This document shows positions 37,901 to 47,345 of a DNA stretch of 64,000 nt, one piece after another (positions within the stretch are counted from its first letter, which is position 1; every line of letters begins with the position of its first letter). Source of the stretch: Candidatus Multivorans sp. (lineage in GTDB: Bacteria > Acidobacteriota > Thermoanaerobaculia > Multivoradales > Multivoraceae); the NCBI GenBank assembly GCA_965247095.1, contig OZ251997.1, forward strand, positions 3,456,001 through 3,520,000, written 5' to 3'. The notes beneath the pieces were generated by a model. The model was not told the origin of the DNA and did not search any database. It was given only the letters and a program-made list of their open reading frames with translations. Position numbers and translations under genes: made by a program.

Positions 37901-37997
37901 ATGTCTGAAAGTCGCTCGACGGTCTCGACGACCGGCCTGCGCTGCTCATCAAACTGTGCATCCGACAGCTGGGACTTCTGAAGGCAACAAAGGAGAC

Positions 37998-39605
37998 ATG
38001 ATGAAGCGCACGTGCAAGAGATTCGCGTTGGGTTTGGCAGTCGGCGCGATGTGGGTCGGGGCGGGCAGCAGTTTGAGCGCCGCGACGCCCCCGGGCGTCG
38101 ATGACTGCGAGGCCTTGCCGGCGATGGACTTCACAAGCATTCAGGATGCGCCGACGCAGGCGACGGCGACCCGAATGGTGGAGGCCACCGGCGAGGTGCC
38201 CGCCCATTGCCGGATGGATGGGTATGTCACGCCCAATGTCCGGATCGTGCTAGACCTGCCCAACAGCGCCTCGTGGAACGGCAAGTATCTGCAGGCGAGC
38301 CCTGGTGGCCAGGGCGGCTCGACGGAACAGGAGGCCGGCTGGTGCGATGAGGCCTTGCGGAGAGGCTATGCCTGTCTCACACACGATACGGGGCATTTCG
38401 GCATAACAAGAAGGTCCTCGTGGGCCTACAACAATCTCCAGGCGGAGCTCGATTACGGCATCCGCGGTCACCATGTCGCCGCTCTGGCGGGCAAGGCCAT
38501 CACCGAGCACTACTACGGCCGGGCGCCGGCGTTCTCCTATCATGTGGGCTGTTCCGGCGGCGGGAAGCAGGGAATGGTCCAAGCGAGTCGCTTTCCCTGG
38601 AACTTCGACGGCATTCTCGCCCAGGAGCCCGCGAACGTAACGGCCGTGGGCGTGATGATCCTGTGGAACGCCCTGGCATCGTACGACGCGGACGGCCAGC
38701 CGCTGTTCACACCCGCCGATCTGGACGTGCTGCACGCGGGGGCCATTGCCGCCTGCGATGCGGACGATGGCCTCGAGGATGGGATCATCGGTGGCGATCC
38801 GCGCACTTGCCAATTCGATCCGGCCGACCTCGCCTGCGCGTCGGGGCAGACATCGGGCTGTCTATCGCCGGTCCAGGTGGAGGCGGCCAAAAAAAAGTAC
38901 ACCGGGCCGCTGACATCGACCGGAGAGAAGCTCAGCAAATACTTCCCGTTCTATCCTGCCTTGCCCGGTTCGGAGAAGGGCAACTACTTCTCCATGGATC
39001 TCGAGTCAAGGACCTCGTGGGGGCGGTTCAAGGGGTTCAACCCGGATCCGGGACCGAGCTGGAAGGCGTCCGACTTCGATTGGGACCACGATTACAAGCG
39101 CATGGGGATTTCAGATGCGCTGGTGAATGGTTTCAGCAATCCCGATCTGCGCAATTTCAAGGCTGCGGGCGGCAAGCTGCTGATCATCCAGGGTTGGGAA
39201 GACTCTGGTTTGCCCAGCCCACGAGTCAGCATCGACTACTATGAGATGGCGGAACGCATCATGGGGGGACGAGCCAGCGCCCAAGAGTCGGTTCGCCTGT
39301 TCATGATTCCGGGCCGTACCCATTGCTATGGTGGCGTTGGCGCGACCAGCGGCGATTATCTCAGCGCTCTCGAAGCCTGGGTCGAAGAGGGGAAGGCACC
39401 CGACATGATCGTCGGCTACCGTCCAGAAGAAGACCCCTCCGGCAGACGGACTGTGAGAGCTTATGTTGAAGCGAATACCGCGGTCCCTGAGAGCTACACA
39501 TTCACGCGGCCCCATTATCCCTACCCGCTGCAAGCGCGATACAAGGGCAGCGGTGATCCGAACGACTATCGGAGCTTCGAGCCTGTCGATCCGGAGGATC
39601 GCTGA
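37998..39605 (+). CDS. Tannase/feruloyl esterase family hydrolase
   Basis: HDTGH, GCSGGG, CDADDGLEDG, GGKLLIIQGWED, PGRTHC; AGGAG RBS. Confidence 0.9.
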   Translation: MMKRTCKRFALGLAVGAMWVGAGSSLSAATPPGVDDCEALPAMDFTSIQDAPTQATATRMVEATGEVPAHCRMDGYVTPNVRIVLDLPNSASWNGKYLQASPGGQGGSTEQEAGWCDEALRRGYACLTHDTGHFGITRRSSWAYNNLQAELDYGIRGHHVAALAGKAITEHYYGRAPAFSYHVGCSGGGKQGMVQASRFPWNFDGILAQEPANVTAVGVMILWNALASYDADGQPLFTPADLDVLHAGAIAACDADDGLEDGIIGGDPRTCQFDPADLACASGQTSGCLSPVQVEAAKKKYTGPLTSTGEKLSKYFPFYPALPGSEKGNYFSMDLESRTSWGRFKGFNPDPGPSWKASDFDWDHDYKRMGISDALVNGFSNPDLRNFKAAGGKLLIIQGWEDSGLPSPRVSIDYYEMAERIMGGRASAQESVRLFMIPGRTHCYGGVGATSGDYLSALEAWVEEGKAPDMIVGYRPEEDPSGRRTVRAYVEANTAVPESYTFTRPHYPYPLQARYKGSGDPNDYRSFEPVDPEDR

Positions 39606-39631
39606 GGACCGGGGCTAGGGAGGAGTGGGTC

Positions 39632-40804
39632 ATGACCCAAGGAGGGCACTTCAACGCCATTGCGCTCGAACGTGTGGTATTCGGTCGGCCGGCCGCCGAG
39701 GCCGTGCCTGGCGAGCTCGAGCGCCTGGGCCGCTCGCGGGCCTGCCTTCTGGTGAGCCACAGCTTGCGCACGGGCACCTCCGCGGTGTCGAATCTGGAAG
39801 AAGCGCTGGGAGATGCGGCGGTAGGGACCTACTCCGGGATGCCGCCACATACCCCCCGCGAGGCGGTGATCGAATGTGCGGCGCTTGCCCGCGAAAGCAG
39901 AGCCGACATCATCGTCACTCTAGGGGGAGGGTCGCTTACCGATGCCGGCAAGGTGGTTCAGCTTTGCCTGGAACATGACGTCACCGAGCCCGAGGGGCTC
40001 GAGCCATTCATCACCCGTACAGGGTCGGACGGCCGCGTGGAGAGCCCCGCGATCCGGGCGCCACGGGTGCGGCAGCTCACCTTGCCGACCACGCTCTCCG
40101 GGGGAGAGTTCGGAACCGTTGCAGGCTGCACCGACAGTGCGCGGCAGATAAAGCAAACGGTCCGGCACCCGTTGTTCGTGCCGCAGGTCGTGGTGCTCGA
40201 TCCGGCGCTGACCTTGCACACGCCCGAGTGGTTGTGGCTCTCGACAGGTATTCGCGCGGTCGACCATGCGGTGGAGGCGCTGTGCTCGCCGAGCGCGACC
40301 GCGCACTCCGACGGGCCCGCCCTGCATGCGCTGCGTCTGCTCGGCGCGGGCTTGCCGCGTTCCAAGGCGGACCCTGCGGACGTCGATGCCCGGCTGGATT
40401 GTCAGCTCGGGGTCTGGGCCTCGATGTCGCCCAACCAGGATGCCATCCCGATGGGCGCGAGCCACGGCATCGGTCATGTCCTCGGCGGCACCTTCGGGGT
40501 ACCTCACGGGCACACGTCGTGCGTCATGCTACCCGCGGTCCTCGAGTGGAACGCCGAGGCGAATCCCCAGGCGCAAGCGCGGGTCAGCGAAGCATTGGGG
40601 CGCCCGGGCGAGCCCGCGTCTCAGGTGGTGGACGAGCTCGTGCGAGAGCTCGGTCTGCCCCGGAGTCTGACCGAGGTTGGCGTCTCGAGGGAGCAGTTCG
40701 ACTTGTTGGCGAGGAACGCGATGCACGATCGCTTCATTCACACCAATCCTCGGGTTATCCACGGTCCCGAGGACGTCCTCGAGATTCTCGAACTTGCCGT
40801 TTGA
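39632..40804 (+). CDS. Iron-containing alcohol dehydrogenase / maleylacetate reductase-like, copy 1
   Basis: LGGGSLTDAGK, PTTLSGGE, DHAVE, SHGIGH, PHG. Confidence 0.9.
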   Translation: MTQGGHFNAIALERVVFGRPAAEAVPGELERLGRSRACLLVSHSLRTGTSAVSNLEEALGDAAVGTYSGMPPHTPREAVIECAALARESRADIIVTLGGGSLTDAGKVVQLCLEHDVTEPEGLEPFITRTGSDGRVESPAIRAPRVRQLTLPTTLSGGEFGTVAGCTDSARQIKQTVRHPLFVPQVVVLDPALTLHTPEWLWLSTGIRAVDHAVEALCSPSATAHSDGPALHALRLLGAGLPRSKADPADVDARLDCQLGVWASMSPNQDAIPMGASHGIGHVLGGTFGVPHGHTSCVMLPAVLEWNAEANPQAQARVSEALGRPGEPASQVVDELVRELGLPRSLTEVGVSREQFDLLARNAMHDRFIHTNPRVIHGPEDVLEILELAV

Positions 40805-40820
40805 GGTGAACGATGCGCAT

Positions 40821-41070
40821 CGACGCCGACGTAGTCGTCTTGGCTCTGCCGGATCCGATGCGGGCGGAGGAACTTCCAGCTCAACGGACGGGCGTGAGGG
40901 TAGTTGAGCGAGCTCGCATAGGCCTCGGGAGCGCTGGCGTTCCAGGTCTCCATCAACTTCTGGGTGGCGCGCAGACCCGGGGAGTCAGACGCCGCTGGGG
41001 CTGCTTTCGCGGCCGGCTCGGGCGGCGGGGGTGCGTCGGAGGTGCAGCCGGCGGTGGTCAGTGCGATGGC
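40821..41070 (-). pseudogene. Remnant of a lipoprotein paralogous to the C-terminal half of 43173-45080
   Basis: AIALTTAGC...APAASDSPGLRATQKLMETWN...QDDYV; ~185 nt closely similar to 43783-43978. Confidence 0.8.
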
Positions 41071-41137
41071 GTGACTGTACTATCCAGTGTAGGCGGCGTC
41101 TCCAGACGCCTTTGCCTCGGTTTGCGAAGGGAACCAA

Positions 41138-41913
41138 ATGCGTTTGCAGGACCAAGTCGCCTTCGTCACTGGCAGCGGACGGGGGATTGGCCGAGCGATT
41201 GCCCTGGCTTTGGCACGGGAAGGGGCCGACGTGGTCGTGACCGCGCGCACCAAGAGCGAGATCGACGAGGTCGCCGCAGAGGTCAAAGCCCTGGGCCGTA
41301 CCGGCTTTGCGCTCCCGGTGGACCTCAGCCAACGTGAGGCCATTCAGCCCTGTGTGCAAGAGATCTTCTCGCGCTTTCCCACCGTAGACATTTTGGTGAA
41401 CAACGCCGCCATTGGGGGCATGCCAGACCCCAAACTGCTCGCCGAGTACGATGACGACTCTTGGGACCTGAGCCTCTTGGTGAATCTCACGGTACCTTAT
41501 CTGCTCACGAAGGCTTTTCTACCCCCGATGATTGCGCAGGGGTGGGGACGGATCATCAATATCTCGTCGGGCTCCGGGAAGCGGGGGGCGGTGCGCCGGG
41601 GAGCCTATAGCGCCACCAAACATGGATTGCTTGGTCTCACCCAAACCGCCGCCCTGGAAGTCGCGACCACCGGGGTCACGGTCAATGCGATCTGTCCCGG
41701 CCCTATCCGCACGGTGATGCTCACCCGGCTCCTCCAGCACAAAGCCGAGAGCGAGGGGCAAACGCTCGCCGAGGTGGAAAAGTCAACGAATCCGATGCAG
41801 CGAGTTTGGAGCCGGAAGAGATTGCTGATCTGGCCGTCTACCTGGCTTCGGATGCTGCGCACGGCATTACGGGGCAGTCGTTGAACGTCAATGGCGGCAC
41901 CGTTATGCACTAG
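41138..41913 (+). pseudogene. SDR oxidoreductase with a 1-nt frameshift near the 3' end
   Basis: TGSGRGIG, NNAA, YSATK; adding one T at ~41804-41806 restores LEPEEIADLAVYLASD...ITGQSLNVNGG to stop at 41913. Confidence 0.8.
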
Positions 41914-42076
41914 ACCAGTGTTTCCAAAGTTCGCGCACATATCTCGGACCCTTCAGCATGGACCTCATCGGTCGATCACCCCAACTCGCACAACATCTCT
42001 TTCGTGTGCTCGCCATGGGCCGGCGGGTGCCCGCGAATTTTGGCCGGGCGATAGAAGAAAGTCCAAAGGAGAAGAG

Positions 42077-42955
42077 ATGACGATCGAGATCCGAGATCCA
42101 CGCTTTCTGGACATCGTCGACGACGGCCTGGAGCTCGAGACCCTGGCCGACGGCTTTCGCTTCACCGAGGGACCGATCTGGCATCCACGAGAAAAGCACC
42201 TCATCTTCAGCGACATTCCGTCCAATCGAACGCACCGCTGGAGCGAGAGTGAAGGGCTCTCCGTCCATCGCGAGCCGAGCGAGCGGAGCAACGGCAACAC
42301 CTACGATCGCCAGGGAAGGATGCTCTCTTGCGAGCACGGCACCTCAAGCGTCACTCGGGAAGACGCGGACGGCTCACGAAGCATCCTCGCCTCCCACTAT
42401 CAGGGTAAGGAGCTCAACAGCCCCAACGACATCGTGGTCCGAGAGAACGGAGACATCTTCTTCACCGACCCGACCTACGGCCGTCGGGCGAAGGGGGATC
42501 CCGAGCTCGACTTCCAAGGTGTGTACAAGATCGACGGGGCAAATGGGGCCCTGACGCTACTGCGAAGCGACTTCGAGCAACCGAACGGGCTCGCCTTCAC
42601 CGTCGATGATCACGAGCTCTACGTCGCCGACTCGCCCCGCATGCACATTCGAAAGTTCCAGGTCGCCGACGACGGCTCACTCTCCGGCGGCGAGGTCTTC
42701 GCTGAATCGACCGGTGAGGGTACCGGTGCGCCCGACGGTCTCAAGGTGGCCTCGACCGGGCACGTCTTCTGTGCCGGCCCCGGTGGCGTCCACGTCTACG
42801 ATCCAGATGACGGCATCTGTCTCGGCGTCATCCGCACCCCCGCCTTCTGCGCCAACTTCACCTGGGGCGGGGACGACTTTCTGACCTTCTTTCTGACCTC
42901 CTCGCAGCATCTCTACCGTACGCGAGTGAAGGTGGCCGGCATCCCTCTGTTCTGA
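42077..42955 (+). CDS. SMP-30/gluconolactonase family protein
   Basis: FTEGPIW, LNSPND, FFTDP, PNGLAF, PDGLKV. Confidence 0.92.
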   Translation: MTIEIRDPRFLDIVDDGLELETLADGFRFTEGPIWHPREKHLIFSDIPSNRTHRWSESEGLSVHREPSERSNGNTYDRQGRMLSCEHGTSSVTREDADGSRSILASHYQGKELNSPNDIVVRENGDIFFTDPTYGRRAKGDPELDFQGVYKIDGANGALTLLRSDFEQPNGLAFTVDDHELYVADSPRMHIRKFQVADDGSLSGGEVFAESTGEGTGAPDGLKVASTGHVFCAGPGGVHVYDPDDGICLGVIRTPAFCANFTWGGDDFLTFFLTSSQHLYRTRVKVAGIPLF

Positions 42956-43172
42956 CCTGCGAGTGGGATCATGCGGGCTCGGCGAAGCACGTACTCCTCG
43001 GAGTATTTGATCCGCTTGCCTTTGCGTCCGGGGACCTTGAAAGCGTGGATATTCGTCGTTTCTGCGCCGATGGCGGAGCTGCGCCTGTGGAAGCCGAGTT
43101 GTACATGAAGTCGGCGGTCGAGGCTTGTCTAGTGGCGTCGCCGCCGTTGGGGACGATGGAACGGGACGGCCA

Positions 43173-45080
43173 TTACGGCGCGAAGCTCGAACGGCCGCTA
43201 ATTCCCCACTCTTCGTTCTCTTTCGTCACCAGGTACAGGGTATTGAAGGTCGAGATCACTTCGCCGGCGGCGTTGTAGCGACTGAAGGTGAGCGCCACGT
43301 TGGCGGCGTTCTCGGCGACCTGGATGGCCTCGATCTCATCCCAGGCGCTGTGGTCCCAGCCGAAGCGCTCGGCGAAGGCGTCGAAGTCCATGTTGGCGAC
43401 GAACTCTTCTTCGGTTTCGGTCACGACCACTTCGCCGCTCGCGAGGCGAAGGTGGGGGAAGTGGAGGGTCGATGCCCAGGCTTGCGGGTCGCGTGCGTTG
43501 AACGCCGTCATGTACTCCTCGACCTTGGCGATGGCGATGGCGGCGTTCGATTCCTGGAGCTCCGCCTCGACCGGTGTACCGGCGTGGAAGCGAGCTTGGA
43601 CGCCCCAGTGGCCGTCAACCTGGGTAGCGACGTAGGTGACGAGGTTGCGGTGTGTCTTGTTGCCCTCCGCATCGACCCGGGCCCAGCGACCGGCGATGTG
43701 CGCTTTGCTGTCGCCCTGGTGGATCGTCCGCAGCTCTTCGACCTCGGTTCGCTCCCAGCCGGTGGCGATGACTCTCGCGTAGTCGACGCCGGCGACGTAG
43801 TCGTCTTGGGTCTGCCAGATCCGATGCGGGCGCAGTTCGTCAAACTTCCAGCTCGACGGACGGGTGTGAGGGTAATTGAGCGAGCTCGCATAGGCGTCGG
43901 GATCGCGGGCGTTCCAGGTCTCCATGAACTTCTCGGTGGCGCGCAGACCCGGGGAGTCAGACGCCGCTGGGGCGGCTTGCACGGGCGGCTCGAGCGCCGG
44001 GGGCGCGCTTCCGGAGTTCCCCAGCGCGTCCGCCTCGAGCACGCGAGCGCCGCGCAGGATGTTCCCCATGGAGTAGTTCCCCTCGTGGCAGGCGTACTCG
44101 AAGACCCGGTCGGTCGTCGAACGCAACACGTACTCGCCGGTCCAGGGCGCTGTCCACGATGAGGGATCGTCCACCGTGAAGCGGTAGAGCACGTCGCCGT
44201 CCTCGAGCTTGGTAAAGCGCTCGACAACGTGCATCTCCGTGGAGCCGCCACGGAGAAACGCCTCGGGATGGAAGTTCGTGGTGTCGACGACCAACGTGTC
44301 GCCCTCCCACCACCCGATCGAATCGCCGGTCCACTTCTTGATCTCTGACGGCAGATGCGCCACGGCGCGCCCCTCGGACTTCATCCGCACCACCCGCGCC
44401 TCGTGGACCATCTCGATCAGGATCATGACGTGGTCCTCGGTCTGGACGATGGTCTTGTAGTTGTTGTACCCGCTGGGGAGCGTCGGCGTGGCGCCGGTGA
44501 ACCCCACGATGCAACGCTCCTGGGCCAGCAGCGACTCCGGACCATCGAAGGGCCCGGGCTCGTCGCTGTCGAGCCAGAATGCTGTGCCGTCGTTGTCGCC
44601 GCGCACGATGTTGGCTTCGAACGCGGCCTTACGCTTGGCCGCGCTCTCGGTCATCGGTGGAAAACGACCGTTCGGTGGATCGATCAGAATCGAAGTACGA
44701 AACCTGCCGTCCACCGCGAAGGCCTCGGTGCCCGGGTCGAGCCAGAAGAAGTTGTAGCCGCCGACGTTGCCAGCACCGCCGTCCGATCCGTCGCCACCCT
44801 CGGGCGGCGCCTCGCGATCCGGATCGCTGGCCTGGGATGTCTCCTCGATTCGCGCAGCCATGTTGCCCTCGGTCCGCGCGGCCTCCTCCCTGCTGAGATA
44901 GAGGTTGTCGCCGAAGCGTTCGGGGCGCTGGAGCGGGGTCACGGTCGCGGCGTTGTAGTTACCCGTGAGATCGGGACGGCCACTGGCCGTGCGCGGCACC
45001 CCGTCGCCGGCGGCGGCGATTCCGGGATTGAGGCCGAGCGTGAGCGCGACGATCGACAGGGATCGGATGACTCTCTTCAA
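43173..45080 (-). CDS. Secreted protein: EYACHEGNY-motif domain fused to two NTF2/SnoaL-like domains
   Basis: Signal peptide, GRPDLTG, GDSIGWWEGDTLVVDTTNF, EYACHEGNY, then two repeats (FMETWNARD / YMTAFNARD). Confidence 0.75.
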   Translation of the reverse strand: MKRVIRSLSIVALTLGLNPGIAAAGDGVPRTASGRPDLTGNYNAATVTPLQRPERFGDNLYLSREEAARTEGNMAARIEETSQASDPDREAPPEGGDGSDGGAGNVGGYNFFWLDPGTEAFAVDGRFRTSILIDPPNGRFPPMTESAAKRKAAFEANIVRGDNDGTAFWLDSDEPGPFDGPESLLAQERCIVGFTGATPTLPSGYNNYKTIVQTEDHVMILIEMVHEARVVRMKSEGRAVAHLPSEIKKWTGDSIGWWEGDTLVVDTTNFHPEAFLRGGSTEMHVVERFTKLEDGDVLYRFTVDDPSSWTAPWTGEYVLRSTTDRVFEYACHEGNYSMGNILRGARVLEADALGNSGSAPPALEPPVQAAPAASDSPGLRATEKFMETWNARDPDAYASSLNYPHTRPSSWKFDELRPHRIWQTQDDYVAGVDYARVIATGWERTEVEELRTIHQGDSKAHIAGRWARVDAEGNKTHRNLVTYVATQVDGHWGVQARFHAGTPVEAELQESNAAIAIAKVEEYMTAFNARDPQAWASTLHFPHLRLASGEVVVTETEEEFVANMDFDAFAERFGWDHSAWDEIEAIQVAENAANVALTFSRYNAAGEVISTFNTLYLVTKENEEWGISGRSSFAP

Positions 45081-45183
45081 ACGCCTACCATGGTATCAAC
45101 CAAATCGGCGACGACCAGGCGCGCGGCGGGCCTTGAAGGCATCGAGCAGAAATTGGCACCTAGCGAAGTGCGGTAGCATGCCC

Positions 45184-45207
45184 ACCAATCCTTAGACCAA
45201 TCCTTAG
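45184..45207. repeat. Perfect 12-bp tandem duplication ACCAATCCTTAG in a divergent intergenic region
   Basis: 45184-45195 equals 45196-45207. Confidence 0.8.
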
Positions 45208-45245
45208 TCTGGAACTGGAGGAGAGAGCCAAATGGCAATCTCGGG

Positions 45246-47228
45246 ATGACAGTGTCGATGCGACATCGTGTTCGAACCCTGGCCTCCCTAACCCTGACCG
45301 CAAGCTGTCTGGCGACCGGCGCCGCGGGCCAGTACGGGGCCGCAGACGGTGAATGGCGAGAGTTCGGTGGCGACAAGGGATCGTCGAAGTACTCGCCGCT
45401 GAGCCAGATCGACGCCTCCAACTTCGCCCAGCTCGAGGTAGCTTGGCGCTGGGAGTCGGCGGATCTTCTCGTTGACGATAAGTCTCCCTACCCGCGACAG
45501 AAGTTTCGCTCGACGCCGCTGATGGTGAACGGGGTCGTCTATGTTCCCACCGAGCTCAGCCAGTTGGCGGCGCTCGATGCGGGCACCGGCGAGCAGCTCT
45601 GGCTCTACGATCCGAAGAGCTACGAGCGGGGCAAGCCGGCACTGCCCGACTACTACACGCGCTCAGTCGTCTACTGGACGGACGGAGCGATCGAGCGCAT
45701 CATCATGGCGACGATCGGCAAACAGCTGGTTTCGATCGACGCTCGAACCGGGCGACCCGATCGTGCCTTCGGCGAGGACGGAATCGTCGATCTGTCGCGC
45801 GATCTGGGGCGCGAGAACGTCGCGGTGCGCAACATCAGTCACGGTGTGCCGGCGATCTTGGTTCGCGACACCCTTGTCCTGGGGTCGAGGATCTTCGATC
45901 TGCCGCCGCGCGACAACAGCCCCCCGGGGCATATCCGTGCCTACGACGTGCGGACAGGCGAGCTCAAATGGCGCTTTCACACCATTCCGCAGGAAGGAGA
46001 GGATTTCGTCGAGACTTGGGAGGCCGGGGCTTGGCGAACGGCGGGCAACACCAACGCCTGGGCACCGCTGAGTGCCGACGAGGAGCTCGGCTACGTCTAC
46101 GTCGCAACCTCGACCCCGACCAACGACTTTTACGGCGGCCATCGTCATGGGGACAATGTCTACGCCGAGAGCTTGATCTGCATCGATGTCACCACCGGTA
46201 AGCGCGTCTGGCACTTCCAGACCGTGCATCACGGGATCTGGGACTACGACATCGCGTCGGCGCCGAACCTGATCGATGTGGTGGTCGAGGGCCGCCTGGT
46301 CAAGGCGGTGGCCCAGGTATCGAAGACGGCCTTCACCTATGTCTTCGACCGTGCCACCGGCGAGCCGATATGGCCGATCGAAGAGCGGCCGGTCAATCAC
46401 GACTCTCCGATTCCCGGGGAGAAGCTGTCACCGACACAGCCCTTTCCGACCAAGCCGCCGGCCTTCGACCGCCAAGGGGTCGTGCTCGACGATCTCATCG
46501 ACTTCACTCCGGAGCTCCATCGAGAGGCTCTCGAGATCGCCGAGGATTACGTGCTTGGACCGATGTTCACGCCGGTCATCGTCAGCGGCGAGAAGGGCAA
46601 GATCGCGGTGGCGGCCGTGCCCAGCGCCGCCGGCGGCGCCAACCATCCGGGCGCTTCGATCGATCCCGATACCGGTTTTCTCTATGTCCCTTCGGTGACG
46701 CTCATCTCGTCGATGGCGGTAGTGAAGCCGGATCCCGCGCGCTCCGACTGGCGCTACGTCCTCGACTCTTTCCGTGGCGTTCCCGGCCCTCAGGGGCTAC
46801 CGCTGGTGAAGCCGCCTTACGGCCGCATCACCGCCATCGATCTCCGGATCGGAGAGCACGCTTGGCAGATCCCCTTCGGTGAAGGGCCGCGGCGGCATCC
46901 GGCAATCAGCCATCTCGACCTCGGCCCGCTGGGTCAGAACCGGGTTGCCAACGAAGGCGGCCTCCTGGTGACCAAGACTCTCCTTATCGGTTACTTCCAC
47001 AAGATGGATGACCGTGGGAAGGAGCTCATCGGCGGCACCGTCCTCCAGGCCTACGACAAGGCCACCGGCGAGCTCCTGGCCGAACTCGAGCTCGACGCCA
47101 CGTTGCACAGTGCGCCGATGACCTATCTGCACCAGGGCCGCCAGTACATCGTCATTGCCGGTGGTGACGCCAAGGGAAGGGAGAGTCCGGTCGAGCAGGC
47201 GCAGCTGCTCGCGCTGGCGCTCCCCTAG
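45246..47228 (+). CDS. PQQ-dependent dehydrogenase (paralogue of 31344-33332)
   Basis: KYSPLSQID, FHTIPQEGE, HHGIWDYD, PTQPFPTKPP, KPPYGRITAIDL; exact start uncertain. Confidence 0.9.
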   Translation: MTVSMRHRVRTLASLTLTASCLATGAAGQYGAADGEWREFGGDKGSSKYSPLSQIDASNFAQLEVAWRWESADLLVDDKSPYPRQKFRSTPLMVNGVVYVPTELSQLAALDAGTGEQLWLYDPKSYERGKPALPDYYTRSVVYWTDGAIERIIMATIGKQLVSIDARTGRPDRAFGEDGIVDLSRDLGRENVAVRNISHGVPAILVRDTLVLGSRIFDLPPRDNSPPGHIRAYDVRTGELKWRFHTIPQEGEDFVETWEAGAWRTAGNTNAWAPLSADEELGYVYVATSTPTNDFYGGHRHGDNVYAESLICIDVTTGKRVWHFQTVHHGIWDYDIASAPNLIDVVVEGRLVKAVAQVSKTAFTYVFDRATGEPIWPIEERPVNHDSPIPGEKLSPTQPFPTKPPAFDRQGVVLDDLIDFTPELHREALEIAEDYVLGPMFTPVIVSGEKGKIAVAAVPSAAGGANHPGASIDPDTGFLYVPSVTLISSMAVVKPDPARSDWRYVLDSFRGVPGPQGLPLVKPPYGRITAIDLRIGEHAWQIPFGEGPRRHPAISHLDLGPLGQNRVANEGGLLVTKTLLIGYFHKMDDRGKELIGGTVLQAYDKATGELLAELELDATLHSAPMTYLHQGRQYIVIAGGDAKGRESPVEQAQLLALALP

Positions 47229-47345
47229 CGGCAGAAAGGATCCGAATAAAATGCTTTCTGGCGGCCTTCTGCTTCGCACCAATTGTCATCGGCCTGCCGA
47301 TCTCTGCCTCGGAAGAGGTCGTCGGCTCGGCACAGGAGAATCGCC

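Noticed and set aside
42956-43172. Coding-looking stretches (also 6700-6819, 31120-31240, 52545-52690, 58915-58996)
   Set aside because: May be further remnants but I cannot assign them to any family without a search
45154-45171. TGGCAC as a sigma54 -24 box
   Set aside because: No TTGC at the required spacing
47229-47345. Cobalamin riboswitch upstream of the mutase
   Set aside because: Region is short and no B12-box consensus recognised
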